Assembly (NCBI GenBank): GCA_902773095.1
Contig: CACYDA010000170.1
Coordinates: 1-48,554, forward strand
Origin: an uncultured Lachnospiraceae bacterium
Lineage (GTDB): Bacteria > Bacillota > Clostridia > Lachnospirales > Lachnospiraceae
Direction: 5' to 3'
Length of the DNA stretch: 48,554 bases
Shown here: one piece after another, positions 37,274-47,063 of the stretch
How the letters are laid out: every line of letters starts with the position of its first letter
Numbering within the stretch: position 1 is the stretch's first letter
Made by a program: the position numbers and the translations under genes
The notes under the pieces: model-generated
Seen by the model: the letters and a program-made list of their open reading frames with translations, nothing else
Told to the model about the DNA's origin: nothing
Databases searched by the model: none

Positions 37274-38365
37274 CTATGATTTAATCCTATCTCTAATTTT
37301 ATTTAACATATCCCACTCATCCATAATAATGCAATTTCTAATCGTACCATCCATCAACTTTTGTCTTGTACGATCATAGTCAACCCAGATTACTTCTTCC
37401 ACTTCTTCCTGCTGAAGCCTAAAATCTTCATCGGATAATCCACTTCCATCTAATACATAGATATTACTGTGTTCGCGGTTTGAAAATATTTTTCCATAAA
37501 AATTCGAATCACATACTGTATTATAACTCCCAATCATGACCAAATCGCTCTCTTTTGCCTCTATCCCAAGTTCTTCTTTCAGTTCCCTGAGAGCTGATTC
37601 CATATAATCTTTTCCGGCCGGTATATGTCCGGCACTTGATATATCATAACATTCGGGAAATGAGTCTTTATTCTTAGCTCTTTTTTGCAAAAGAATATCA
37701 AATCCATCTGCTTTTCTTCTATAAATCCAGACATGCGAAGTTCTATGCCATGTTCCTGTCTCATGAACAATAGTTCTTTCCCTCACTATACCCGTCGGTT
37801 CATAGTTTTCATCAATCACATCAAACAATTCCAATTCTTTTCCATCAAGAACTGCACTTTTAAGTGTTCTTCCCCTATATGTCAGTTTCAGATCAAAGAC
37901 CGGATGATTCTCTCTGATTAATCTTAAAAATATTTCATCTCCACTCCAGAAGTATAAATTTTTAAGCTCTGATTTTTTTACAAAACGTAATTCACCTTCA
38001 TCACATTCTTTCAAGTCTCCTTCAAACTGATCTGCCGTGTACAGAAACATATATTCCGTATATACTGACTTGTTTTCATTGAATTGTAATTCGTTACTGC
38101 CATTATCGTCCGGTTCTGTATTATCATCCTCACTATAATGAAATGTCACGATTCCTCTCAGCTGATAAGAGGTAATCAAAAGGCCTGTCTCTTCCTCCAC
38201 CTCTCTTCGCAGACATTCATCCGGTGATTCACCTTTTTCAAAATGACCACCCACACCAATCCACATATCCTTACTCAAATCATTTTCTTTCTTCGTTCTA
38301 TGCAGCATAAGATAACTATCATCCTGCTCTATGTAGCAAAGTGTTGTAAGCACAATCCTCATCAC
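37274..38365 (-). CDS. Tandem NUDIX hydrolase (MutT-like fused to IDI-like NUDIX)
   Basis: GGHFEKGESPDECLRREVEEETGL and SAGHIPAGKDYMESALRELKEELGI; H..G.WHR.SHVW, LLQKR. Confidence 0.88.
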   Translation of the reverse strand: MMRIVLTTLCYIEQDDSYLMLHRTKKENDLSKDMWIGVGGHFEKGESPDECLRREVEEETGLLITSYQLRGIVTFHYSEDDNTEPDDNGSNELQFNENKSVYTEYMFLYTADQFEGDLKECDEGELRFVKKSELKNLYFWSGDEIFLRLIRENHPVFDLKLTYRGRTLKSAVLDGKELELFDVIDENYEPTGIVRERTIVHETGTWHRTSHVWIYRRKADGFDILLQKRAKNKDSFPECYDISSAGHIPAGKDYMESALRELKEELGIEAKESDLVMIGSYNTVCDSNFYGKIFSNREHSNIYVLDGSGLSDEDFRLQQEEVEEVIWVDYDRTRQKLMDGTIRNCIIMDEWDMLNKIRDRIKS

Positions 38366-38970
38366 CTTTCCAATTCTTTATAAAAATGCTGATAATCTAC
38401 AGGAGAGTTCCATTCCCCACCCCACCTAAATCCATGTTTTGTAAATATGGTATAACAAATATCACCTTTTACGATTTTATGGTCAAACTCCTTTGTTCTG
38501 TCAGCATAACAAATGGCATTGACCGGAAGAACATTTCTATCTCCGAAGGCAGTTCTTACATAAGGATTATATAATGGATTGATATCGATTGCCAATCCAT
38601 ATCCATGAGTAGAAATCTGATTTGTTCCATCTACCATCCTATAATTAAATGCGGAGGTATTATTATCTGCCATTGACCGATCATCATCCGCATCATATTC
38701 ATCCACAAGTTTAATTTTTTCAATCTGATACCGATTCTCATATAATTCTTTAAAAATCTCTATAACATCCTTCGCAATGGAGGCATTGACAATTAGTTCC
38801 CCCCTGCACTCTTCCCCGTTGAAATTGATATACCCTACCACTACATGCCTCAAATCATCATATGTAATCTCATCATTTTCCTGATAGGACTTACCTGTTA
38901 TGTACTCTTTTAATTCTTCACATAATTCTTCATCATAAAAGCAGATACTGTCAGTCGTTTCATTCCTCAT
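38362..38970 (-). CDS. M15 family metallopeptidase (peptidoglycan carboxypeptidase-like)
   Basis: NNTSAFNYR, STHGYGLAIDINP..NPY, WGG.W....DYQHF; overlaps the NUDIX gene by 4 bp. Confidence 0.88.
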   Translation of the reverse strand: MRNETTDSICFYDEELCEELKEYITGKSYQENDEITYDDLRHVVVGYINFNGEECRGELIVNASIAKDVIEIFKELYENRYQIEKIKLVDEYDADDDRSMADNNTSAFNYRMVDGTNQISTHGYGLAIDINPLYNPYVRTAFGDRNVLPVNAICYADRTKEFDHKIVKGDICYTIFTKHGFRWGGEWNSPVDYQHFYKELER

Positions 38971-39175
38971 ACTACCATCCTCATTTTCATTAACATATAC
39001 ATTTTCATTTTTTACTCTTAGATCTATCTGTTTCAGACATAATAATGATATTTAGTTTAGCACTTATTCACAATTTTAACAACTATGTATTTACTATTAT
39101 ATCCAATATAACTAATTTAAAGCTTTAAAGGCCTTGCAAACAACATTCAGTAGTCATTCTCATTATACCAAAATG

Positions 39176-39211
39176 ATTAGAGTATCACATCTAACGATAT
39201 GATACTCTAAT
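39176..39211 (-). terminator. Terminator after thrS
   Basis: ATTAGAGTATCA / TGATACTCTAAT 12-bp stem followed by CATTTT. Confidence 0.7.
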
Positions 39212-39230
39212 GATCAGGGTAGTACATCAA

Positions 39231-41192
39231 TTATTTATTGTTTTCTTCAACTTCAATTTTTCTGATTTCTTTTGTTCTGATTTCTTTACAAATTGCGTCA
39301 ATAAAATCACTCAATTCTTTCTGTCCTTCATCTCCAAGGAAACGGCTTCTTACAGATACTTTGTTATCCTCTTCTTCCTTTTGTCCAACAACGAGCATAT
39401 ATGGAACTCTCTCAAGTCTTGTCTGCCTGATTTTAAATCCAATCTTTTCAGAACGGCTATCCACAGAACATCTAATTCCATTTTTCTTCAATTCTGCTTC
39501 AACCTTCTTTGCATATTCCTCATATTTTTCAGAAATAGGAAGCACTCTTACCTGTTCCGGACATAACCATGTCGGGAACAATCCTGCATATTTTTCAATC
39601 AGCCATGCCAGTGTTCTTTCATAACATCCCATAGAGGTTCTGTGGATAATGTATGGTCTTACTTTATCACCATTCTGATCAATATAATACATATCAAACT
39701 GTTCTGCAATCAATGCATCCCACTGAATTGTAATCATTGTATCTTCTTTACCATACACATTCTTAGCATTGATATCGACTTTCGGTCCGTAGAACGCTGC
39801 TTCTCCAACATCTTCCGTGAACTTCACACCAAGTTCATTTAAGATATCACGAATATGTCCTTCTGTTTCTTCCCAGACTTCCGGAGAACCAATGTATTTC
39901 TCTCTGTTGTCCGGATCCCACTTTGAAAGATGATATGTTACATCTTCTTCAACACCAAGAGTTTCAAGACAATATTTTGCCAACGCAAGACATCCCTTAA
40001 ATTCATCCACCATCTGGTCTGGTCTTACAATCAAATGTCCCTCTGAAATCGTAAACTGACGAACTCTTGTTAATCCATGCATTTCTCCGGAATCTTCATT
40101 TCTGAAAAGCGTAGATGTCTCACCATATCTGCAAGGCAAATCCCTGTAACTCTTCGGAGTTGCCTTATAAACATAATACTGGAATGGACACGTCATCGGA
40201 CGAAGTGCATATACTTCTTTATCAACTTCCTCATCGCCAAGGACGAACATTCCTTCCTTATAGTGATCCCAATGTCCTGAAATCTTATATAAGTCTGACT
40301 TTGCCATAAGAGGTGTCTTAGTTCTCATATAGCCTCTCTTTTCTTCCTCATCCTCAATCCATCTCTGAAGTGTACGAATGATAATTTCTCCCTTTGGCAT
40401 AATGAGCGGAAGTCCCTGTCCGATCACATCTACTGTTGTAAACAATTCCATTTCTCTTCCAAGTTTATTGTGGTCACGCTTCTTGATATCTTCAAGATAC
40501 GCAAGATACTCTTCAAGGTCAGCTTTCTTTGTATAGGCTGTTCCATAGATTCTTGTTAACATCTTGTTATCAGAATTTCCCCTCCAATAAGCGCCTGAGG
40601 AAGAAATCAGCTTAAATGCCTTAATCGCACCTGTTTTCATCAAATGTGGTCCTGCACAGAGGTCTGTGAAATCTCCCTGTCTGTAGAAAGAAATCACTGC
40701 ATCTTCCGGCAAATCTTTAATTAATTGTACCTTATAAGGTTCCTCTTTCTCTTCCATGAATTGAATCGCTTCTTCTCTTGGAAGCTCAAATTTTTCAAGC
40801 GAATCATTCTCTTTGATGATCTTTTTCATCTCTGCCTCGATTTTGTCAAGATCCTCCCTTGAGAATGGTTCATGTTCAAAATCATAGTAAAATCCTGTAT
40901 CGATGGACGGTCCTATGGCAAGTTTCGCTTCAGGATACAATCTCTTGACAGCCTGCGCCATCACATGAGATGTAGTATGTCTGTACGCAGCCTTACCCTT
41001 TTCATCATTAAAGGTAAGAATACTCAACTCACAGTCCTCTTCTATGACTGTTCTTAAATCTACTACCTTTCCGTTTACTTCACCGGCACATGCTGCCCTT
41101 GCAAGACCATCACTAATGTCATTTGCAATATCGATTACTGACATCGCATGATCATATTCTTTTACTGAACCATCTTTTAACGTAATTTTCAT
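39231..41192 (-). CDS. thrS: Threonine--tRNA ligase
   Basis: TGS domain, RH.TSH..AQAV, DLCAGPH, RDHNKLG, RPMTCP, GLTRVRQFT, AAFYGPK, IHR. Confidence 0.98.
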   Translation of the reverse strand: MKITLKDGSVKEYDHAMSVIDIANDISDGLARAACAGEVNGKVVDLRTVIEEDCELSILTFNDEKGKAAYRHTTSHVMAQAVKRLYPEAKLAIGPSIDTGFYYDFEHEPFSREDLDKIEAEMKKIIKENDSLEKFELPREEAIQFMEEKEEPYKVQLIKDLPEDAVISFYRQGDFTDLCAGPHLMKTGAIKAFKLISSSGAYWRGNSDNKMLTRIYGTAYTKKADLEEYLAYLEDIKKRDHNKLGREMELFTTVDVIGQGLPLIMPKGEIIIRTLQRWIEDEEEKRGYMRTKTPLMAKSDLYKISGHWDHYKEGMFVLGDEEVDKEVYALRPMTCPFQYYVYKATPKSYRDLPCRYGETSTLFRNEDSGEMHGLTRVRQFTISEGHLIVRPDQMVDEFKGCLALAKYCLETLGVEEDVTYHLSKWDPDNREKYIGSPEVWEETEGHIRDILNELGVKFTEDVGEAAFYGPKVDINAKNVYGKEDTMITIQWDALIAEQFDMYYIDQNGDKVRPYIIHRTSMGCYERTLAWLIEKYAGLFPTWLCPEQVRVLPISEKYEEYAKKVEAELKKNGIRCSVDSRSEKIGFKIRQTRLERVPYMLVVGQKEEEDNKVSVRSRFLGDEGQKELSDFIDAICKEIRTKEIRKIEVEENNK

Positions 41193-41225
41193 TTCATTTC
41201 TTTCCTTTCCTTCTAATTTCTAAAT

Positions 41226-41318
41226 AATCGAGCAGGTGGCGAACTTCTTCCCTTCCTACTCGCCACCCGCATCCGACGCAGTCGGAACTTTCCTTATGTG
41301 GTGGGCGTGTGCCCATAA
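41226..41318 (-). repeat. Dispersed structured repeat, copy 2
   Basis: Homologous to 25059-25153; lies between the T-box terminator U-tract and the thrS SD. Confidence 0.85.
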
Positions 41319-41600
41319 AAAAATCCCTCATGGCACAATTTGCCATAAGGGACGATACTACATCGCGGTTCCACCCATATTATACGAATCATCACTCATC
41401 TGCAAACAAAGTCTGTCCTGTCTCTATTTGCAAATTGAATCACTCATATCTCTCATTCAATGATAACGGAATCACCGGACCGGATTGGGGTCACTCAGAG
41501 GTAGTCTTCAGTATCACTCCGATAAGATGCTCTCAGCAAATACATCTCTCTCTTGAATCTTCTGTGATACTTACTCGTCTCGTCAACGTGTTTGCATATA
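41317..41600 (-). ncRNA. Thr T-box riboswitch (thrS leader)
   Basis: T-box UGGGUGGAACCGCG (41377-41364), antiterminator CGUCCC, terminator 41324-41352 with U-tract, Stem I AGAGA and GCUGAGA motifs, specifier ACC = Thr (41502-41500), CCGUUA motif. Confidence 0.93.
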
Positions 41601-41627
41601 TTTAAAATCGTTTTAATATTTCTTCTT

Positions 41628-41655
41628 AGTATATCACATTCATCTGTTTTGTCAA
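41628..41655 (-). promoter_or_regulatory. Sigma-A promoter for the thrS leader
   Basis: TTGACA-N16-TATACT with TGn. Confidence 0.6.
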
Positions 41656-41659
41656 GAAC

Positions 41660-42424
41660 CTAATGCAGTAGACGCACCCCAAATTCTTTCAATAAAGCGA
41701 ATCCTTCCCGCACCATATAGTTGAGGATCAATCTTCGATCAGAGTTTGCTGCTAATCCGGAAACACTTTTGAATCCCACATTTTTTGCCAGATATAAAGA
41801 TCTGAAAACATGGAAATTATTTGTCACAATAACAACATCCGCGTTGGGATCACCAATTATTTCAAATGAATACTTCATATTCTCATAAGTTGAAGTGGAA
41901 TGTTCTTCTGTTATAATCCGATCCTGTGAAATCCCCTGATCCATAAGGTAACGTTTCATGGCAGATGCTTCCGTGATCCTCTCACCCGGTCCCTGTCCTC
42001 CGGAACAGATTACCTGAATATCTTCATTTTTTGCAAGATAGTCATAGGCGGCATCCAACCTTTTCGCAAGTGATTTTGTAATTCTCTCCCCACGAACCTG
42101 TGCGCCTAGTATAATCACATAATCAACATGTCCTTTTGGTTTTGCCTGCATCTGACTGAAAATGAATCCCTCTATCGCTATAAATATGCCAACTCCTATA
42201 CATAAAAAAGAAACGACAGTAATCTTTACAGTTCTTGGCACAAAATCCAGAATGTGTTTCTTCTTATGCAGAATTGTGACAATTGCCAAAATGAAAAAAC
42301 CTGTTCCTGCCAGTCCCCAGAACCAAAGAAAAGAGGACGCAATCCCTGCATATGAAACTGCAAAAATATAATAACCTAAGCAAAATACCATTAATCCCAG
42401 AAACAATATAATCAAAGCATTCAT
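41660..42424 (-). CDS. YdcF/DUF218 (ElyC/SanA-like) membrane protein
   Basis: 3 N-terminal TM, IILGA, RLD.A, SGGQG..E..TEA, E..STSTYEN, VTNNFH.FRS, RE. Confidence 0.9.
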   Translation of the reverse strand: MNALIILFLGLMVFCLGYYIFAVSYAGIASSFLWFWGLAGTGFFILAIVTILHKKKHILDFVPRTVKITVVSFLCIGVGIFIAIEGFIFSQMQAKPKGHVDYVIILGAQVRGERITKSLAKRLDAAYDYLAKNEDIQVICSGGQGPGERITEASAMKRYLMDQGISQDRIITEEHSTSTYENMKYSFEIIGDPNADVVIVTNNFHVFRSLYLAKNVGFKSVSGLAANSDRRLILNYMVREGFALLKEFGVRLLH

Positions 42425-42483
42425 TGCAATATTTCACTCCTGTCAATTTATATTTTACCATCCATTCGTTTGACGAAACACAA

Positions 42484-44778
42484 TTACTTCAAAAATGTTT
42501 TTTCAAACTCTGTAATTTTCATCGGTTCTCCATAATAAAAACCTTGCATCAGATTAATATTTAATTCTTTCAATTTGCGAAGCTGTTCCTCATCTTCCAC
42601 ACCTTCCACACAGACCTGAACCTCAAGAGATTTTGACAATTCTGCAATCAATTTCACAAAAGTCTGTGAGTATTCATCTTCTGCAATATCACGGATAAAT
42701 GCCCTGTCAACTTTGATGATATCAAGATCCATGCTTTTGATATGATTCAGAGAAGAATACCCTGTTCCAAAATCATCCAGTGCAATTTTTACACCCATTT
42801 TTTTGATATCTTTGATAATCGTTTTCATTCTTGTCATATCATTAATTGCTAAACTTTCCGTCACTTCTAACACAAGATTTGAAGGATTTATACCGGTTTC
42901 TTTGACAGTCTTTTCAATGATTTCAACAATATCATTTGCCAGAAGCTGTATCACTGACAAGTTAACATTGATTCTTATATCCTTACCCCTGTCACTCCAT
43001 TTTTTACTGAAAAGACATGCTCTTTTCAGTACATATTCTCCTATATTGGTAATCAGACCCATATGCTCAGCCACAGGAATAAACTCCCCCGGCATCACCA
43101 TTCCAAGATTAGCACTGTTCCATCGTACCAGCGCCTCACCACCGATACATTCTTCGGTCGACATATCTACGATTGGTTGTATATAGATTTCAAATTCCCG
43201 GCATCCTTCTTCCACGGCAAGACGCATATTTTTTTCCAGATCAAGTTTTTTATAAGAGCTTTCATCTTCACCATCGCTGTAATAGCAGTATCCGTTCTTT
43301 CCGTTTTTCTTTGCATCATACATCGCAATATCTGACTTCTTGATTAATTCGGACACATTGTCACCATATTGTGGAAAAATGACAACTCCCATACTCATTG
43401 TACAATAATACTGGTTATCGCTTGTATCTACAAGATACCATGGGGTAGCAAAAACTTTTCGGATATCATCAATGATTCTCTCACTTTCACTAATGACTGC
43501 CGGTTCAATAATAATAATAAATTCATCTCCACCCACACGATAACAGCTGTTTTCAATACCATCAATTTTTTGAAGTTTTGCCGCGATCATTTTAAGCATT
43601 TTATCCCCATATTTATGGCCTAAACCATCATTGATATTTTTAAAATTATCAAGATCCATAAACAGGACAGCTCCGCTTGAATGATTCGCTTTTGCATCTT
43701 CTATGGACAATTTTAAATCCTTTTCACATTTCATTCTGTTATATAATCCGGTAAGATAATCATTATTTGCCTGAAATTCTATTCTTTGCTGGTATTTCTT
43801 TTTTTCTGTGATATCAGTATAATTACAAAGGGAAACCACTCTTCCATCCACCCATTTGATATCGATATAATGAATATCATACCATCTCTCACTCTTTGGA
43901 TCATAACATTCCTCATAATATTTTCTGTTGCCATAAATATACTTATGTTTTTTTTCATAATTGAGATAGTGTTCAAATGCAAATTTTTTACCATTACTCA
44001 TTTCATATAAAAGAGTATTATTACAAAACAGAATACGTTTATTTTTATCCTCATCTTCCTGTTTATCAATTACCATGATACCACTTGTAAGATTGTTAAG
44101 AATCTCTTTGAGTGCTTCATATGATTTTCTAAGCGACTTATTTGTGATTCTCTTGTAAATAAAACTCTGCAGAATTTTGGAAATGTCAAACAGGTAACTG
44201 ACCGTATGCGTATCCCAGTTGAACTCATATCTTGTCTCTGCCACAAATCCATAAATCTGAGGAATTCTTTCCACTGCAATTGGAACAGCTACCAAACTTT
44301 TAATCCCATACTTTTCAAGAATCTGCCTGTTTGTATTATCTCCTTCTTTAGAGTCAATAATCAGCATTGTTTTTTCATTAAGAGCATCTGACAATTCCAT
44401 CGGCATGTTTTTGATAATACTATGAATGTTATTTACGCTTGCATCACACCATTGTCCCATAATCTTTGTTTTTCCTGTTGAATTATCAATCTCTGCAACC
44501 AAAATAATACTGACACTTAAGTACTCATAAATAATCTTAATACATTCATCAATCGCTTTATACAGATTATCATGATTGTTTTCAATCGTCTGTAAAATAC
44601 GTGTGATTGTCTCTTTTCTTTTTAATTCCTTTTTCAATTCTCCCAAGTCATTTGCAAAACCCATCATCTGTTCTTCATTTCGCTGATCTGTTTTTTTCTT
44701 ATCATATCCATTTTCTTCTAGACTGTCTTTTTTCATATTATCCTCATTTCTGAGTGTTTTCACACCACCATTCTCCAC
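42484..44778 (-). CDS. GAF-PAS-GGDEF-EAL diguanylate cyclase/phosphodiesterase
   Basis: DYLTGLYNR, DLDNFK.IND..GH..GD, RVGGDEF, EALVRW, DDFGTGYSS, KVD, EGVE, QG; no RxxD I-site. Start is either 44778 (GTG) or 44736. Confidence 0.92.
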   Translation of the reverse strand: MENGGVKTLRNEDNMKKDSLEENGYDKKKTDQRNEEQMMGFANDLGELKKELKRKETITRILQTIENNHDNLYKAIDECIKIIYEYLSVSIILVAEIDNSTGKTKIMGQWCDASVNNIHSIIKNMPMELSDALNEKTMLIIDSKEGDNTNRQILEKYGIKSLVAVPIAVERIPQIYGFVAETRYEFNWDTHTVSYLFDISKILQSFIYKRITNKSLRKSYEALKEILNNLTSGIMVIDKQEDEDKNKRILFCNNTLLYEMSNGKKFAFEHYLNYEKKHKYIYGNRKYYEECYDPKSERWYDIHYIDIKWVDGRVVSLCNYTDITEKKKYQQRIEFQANNDYLTGLYNRMKCEKDLKLSIEDAKANHSSGAVLFMDLDNFKNINDGLGHKYGDKMLKMIAAKLQKIDGIENSCYRVGGDEFIIIIEPAVISESERIIDDIRKVFATPWYLVDTSDNQYYCTMSMGVVIFPQYGDNVSELIKKSDIAMYDAKKNGKNGYCYYSDGEDESSYKKLDLEKNMRLAVEEGCREFEIYIQPIVDMSTEECIGGEALVRWNSANLGMVMPGEFIPVAEHMGLITNIGEYVLKRACLFSKKWSDRGKDIRINVNLSVIQLLANDIVEIIEKTVKETGINPSNLVLEVTESLAINDMTRMKTIIKDIKKMGVKIALDDFGTGYSSLNHIKSMDLDIIKVDRAFIRDIAEDEYSQTFVKLIAELSKSLEVQVCVEGVEDEEQLRKLKELNINLMQGFYYGEPMKITEFEKTFLK

Positions 44779-44791
44779 CTGAAACTGTCTT

Positions 44792-46177
44792 TTATATTCC
44801 TAATACAACTGTTGCAATTCTGAAATATACCAAAAGAGATACCGCATCTACAATCGTTGTAATAAACGGACTGGCCATAACAGCAGGGTCAAATCCGATT
44901 TTTTTCGCCAGGATTGGTAATGTACAACCTATAATCTTTGCCATAAATACAGTTAAAACTAATGTCGCACATACAACAACCGAAACCTGAACTGTCAATC
45001 TGTCAATCACGAGTAATTTTGCAAAATTACATGCTCCAAGTGTAATCCCACATAATAGTGCAACTCTCGCTTCTTTCCAAATTACCTTTAATATATCATT
45101 AAATTCTACTTCATCAAGAGATAATGCACGAATTACCGTAACAGATGCCTGACCACCGGAATTTCCTCCTGTATCCATTAACATAGGGATATAAGCAGTC
45201 AATACAGTAAATTTTGCCAATGCTGTTTCAAATGATGTGATAATCATTCCTGTAAAAGTTGCCGATACCATCAGCAGCAATAACCATGGTATTCTTGCTG
45301 CCCATGTTTCAAATACAGTGGTCCTGAAATATGATTTTTCAGAAGGGATAATTGCTGCCATTTTTTTAATATCTTCTGTTGCTTCATCCTGCATAACATC
45401 AATCGCATCATCAAATGTAACGATTCCTACAAGTCTGTTCTCATCATCAACAACCGGAATCGCCAATAAATCGTATTTATTAAACTTATTGGCAACATCC
45501 TCTTTATCTTCATGGGTATGAACAGAAATATAATTCGTATCCATAATATCTTTGATTCGTTCGTCCTCTTCTGACAACAACAATGTTTTGATTGAAATCG
45601 CCCCATGCAGAAATCTGCTCTCATCTGTCACATAACAGGTATAAATTGTTTCTTTATCAACACCTGTTCTTCTGATTCGCTTAATTGCCTCTTCAACCGT
45701 CATATTGATTCGCAGACTCACATACTCAATTGTCATTATACTTCCTGCACTGTCGTCAGGATATTTCAAAATTTCATTGATCATGTTTCTGGTGTCCGCA
45801 TCTGTGTTTTGCAGAATTCGTTTTACAACATTTGCCGGCATCTCTTCCACAATATCAACCGCATCATCAAGATATAATTCATCTAATACTTCTTTTAACT
45901 CATTATCACTGAATCCCTGTATCAACATTGCCTGTGCTTCAGCTTCCATCTCAACAAAAACTTCAGCAGCAAGCACTTTTGGCAGCAATCGGAACAATAA
46001 TGGAATTTTATTTTCTTCAATCTCTTCAAAAAGCGAGCCGATATCCGCCGCATTCATTTCCACTAAAATATCTTTAATCCGGGCATAATCCTTTTTTTCC
46101 AGCAATTCTTCAATCGTAGCCGATAATTCTTCCATATCAATATCAGAATTGTTCAAAGTCATCTCTTTTTCTTCCAC
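44792..46177 (-). CDS. mgtE: Magnesium transporter MgtE
   Basis: MgtE N domain, CBS pair (YPDDSAGSIMT), RIPWLL, DTGGNSGGQ, DPAVMASPFITTIVD. Confidence 0.97.
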   Translation of the reverse strand: MEEKEMTLNNSDIDMEELSATIEELLEKKDYARIKDILVEMNAADIGSLFEEIEENKIPLLFRLLPKVLAAEVFVEMEAEAQAMLIQGFSDNELKEVLDELYLDDAVDIVEEMPANVVKRILQNTDADTRNMINEILKYPDDSAGSIMTIEYVSLRINMTVEEAIKRIRRTGVDKETIYTCYVTDESRFLHGAISIKTLLLSEEDERIKDIMDTNYISVHTHEDKEDVANKFNKYDLLAIPVVDDENRLVGIVTFDDAIDVMQDEATEDIKKMAAIIPSEKSYFRTTVFETWAARIPWLLLLMVSATFTGMIITSFETALAKFTVLTAYIPMLMDTGGNSGGQASVTVIRALSLDEVEFNDILKVIWKEARVALLCGITLGACNFAKLLVIDRLTVQVSVVVCATLVLTVFMAKIIGCTLPILAKKIGFDPAVMASPFITTIVDAVSLLVYFRIATVVLGI

Positions 46178-46184
46178 AATCTTA

Positions 46185-46370
46185 CTCCTTGCCTTTCATG
46201 CATATTATTTAATTTTCAATTCATCTGCATGGAAGCATACATAAGACCTCACCACCGGTACATATTTAAACATCAAATCGTTACTTTGACCCTTAAATAG
46301 ATACCGGTGGTGAAAATCCCTCGTGGTACGCTTCCGGTACCCGATCCACCGTCCATCAATGTCACTCCTT
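46185..46370 (-). promoter_or_regulatory. Structured mgtE 5' leader (candidate attenuator)
   Basis: Perfect 12-bp stem TCACCACCGGTA / TACCGGTGGTGA (46249-46260 with 46302-46313) and mutually exclusive pairings next to the mgtE SD. Confidence 0.55.
46273..46356 (-). CDS. Putative mgtE leader peptide (27 aa, MDGGSGTGSVPRGIFTTGIYLRVKVTI)
   Basis: SD AAGGAG (46370-46365) 8 nt before ATG; TGA at 46275-46273; embedded in a long hairpin. Confidence 0.45.
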   Translation of the reverse strand: MDGGSGTGSVPRGIFTTGIYLRVKVTI

Positions 46371-46577
46371 TTTCTATCTGTTTTTATCTGACAACTGCTT
46401 TTAAAATTATCATAATTTCTTTCCTTTTATTTGCTACAATATTTGTGGTATGACAAAAGAAAAGAGTACATTTATGCTTCATCAAAAAAACATAAATACA
46501 CTCTCTTATCATAACTTTTTTTGGTAGTATTGTCAATATCCTACTCAAGTTTGAATGATGTGCAAAACGTAAGCCAA

Positions 46578-46982
46578 TCAATCAACTCTGCATACATAAA
46601 TCATAGGCTGACCATATCCCTGTTCTTCTTTTATGATTACCAATCTCTTCAGGATCATAACTGAAGCCATTCCTTCATCAAAAATAATACCGAGTGCCTG
46701 ACTTGTTGCAAACCTCATTCCATCATATTCATCCTGCCAACAGATGATATATGCTTCTTTTTGAGGATCATACATATTTATGATTTCCATAATTTCATTT
46801 CTGGTGAGTTCCCTTCCCTGCCTGATCACTTTCAGTTCATCAATATACTCTGGAAAATCCCTGCACATTTTACTAATGGTATCTTTTCTCTTTCTCTCTT
46901 TTTCAAGACCACTTTTTAATTTTTTTCTTTTTCCTTTCACAACAATATTGTCCACAAATATTTTTTCATATTCACTGTTCAT
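46578..46982 (-). CDS. Hypothetical protein (134 aa)
   Basis: SD AGGAGG before ATG 46982; the ORF-track start at 47057 is probably too long. Confidence 0.7.
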   Translation of the reverse strand: MNSEYEKIFVDNIVVKGKRKKLKSGLEKERKRKDTISKMCRDFPEYIDELKVIRQGRELTRNEIMEIINMYDPQKEAYIICWQDEYDGMRFATSQALGIIFDEGMASVMILKRLVIIKEEQGYGQPMIYVCRVD

Positions 46983-47063
46983 TTTTTTATCCTCCTTTAG
47001 AAATGTCATAATAAAATGGACTATATTCTTTCTGCTATTACGCAGTACTACATACAAATTTTG

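Noticed and set aside
46178-46577. M-box (ykoK) riboswitch upstream of mgtE
   Set aside because: The characteristic GUUAGGUGAGGCU...GCUGCC...AAAGCUC pattern is absent; a different leader architecture is reported instead.
46384-46581. 65-aa ORF upstream of the mgtE leader
   Set aside because: No convincing SD, and it overlaps the probable promoter region; likely spurious.
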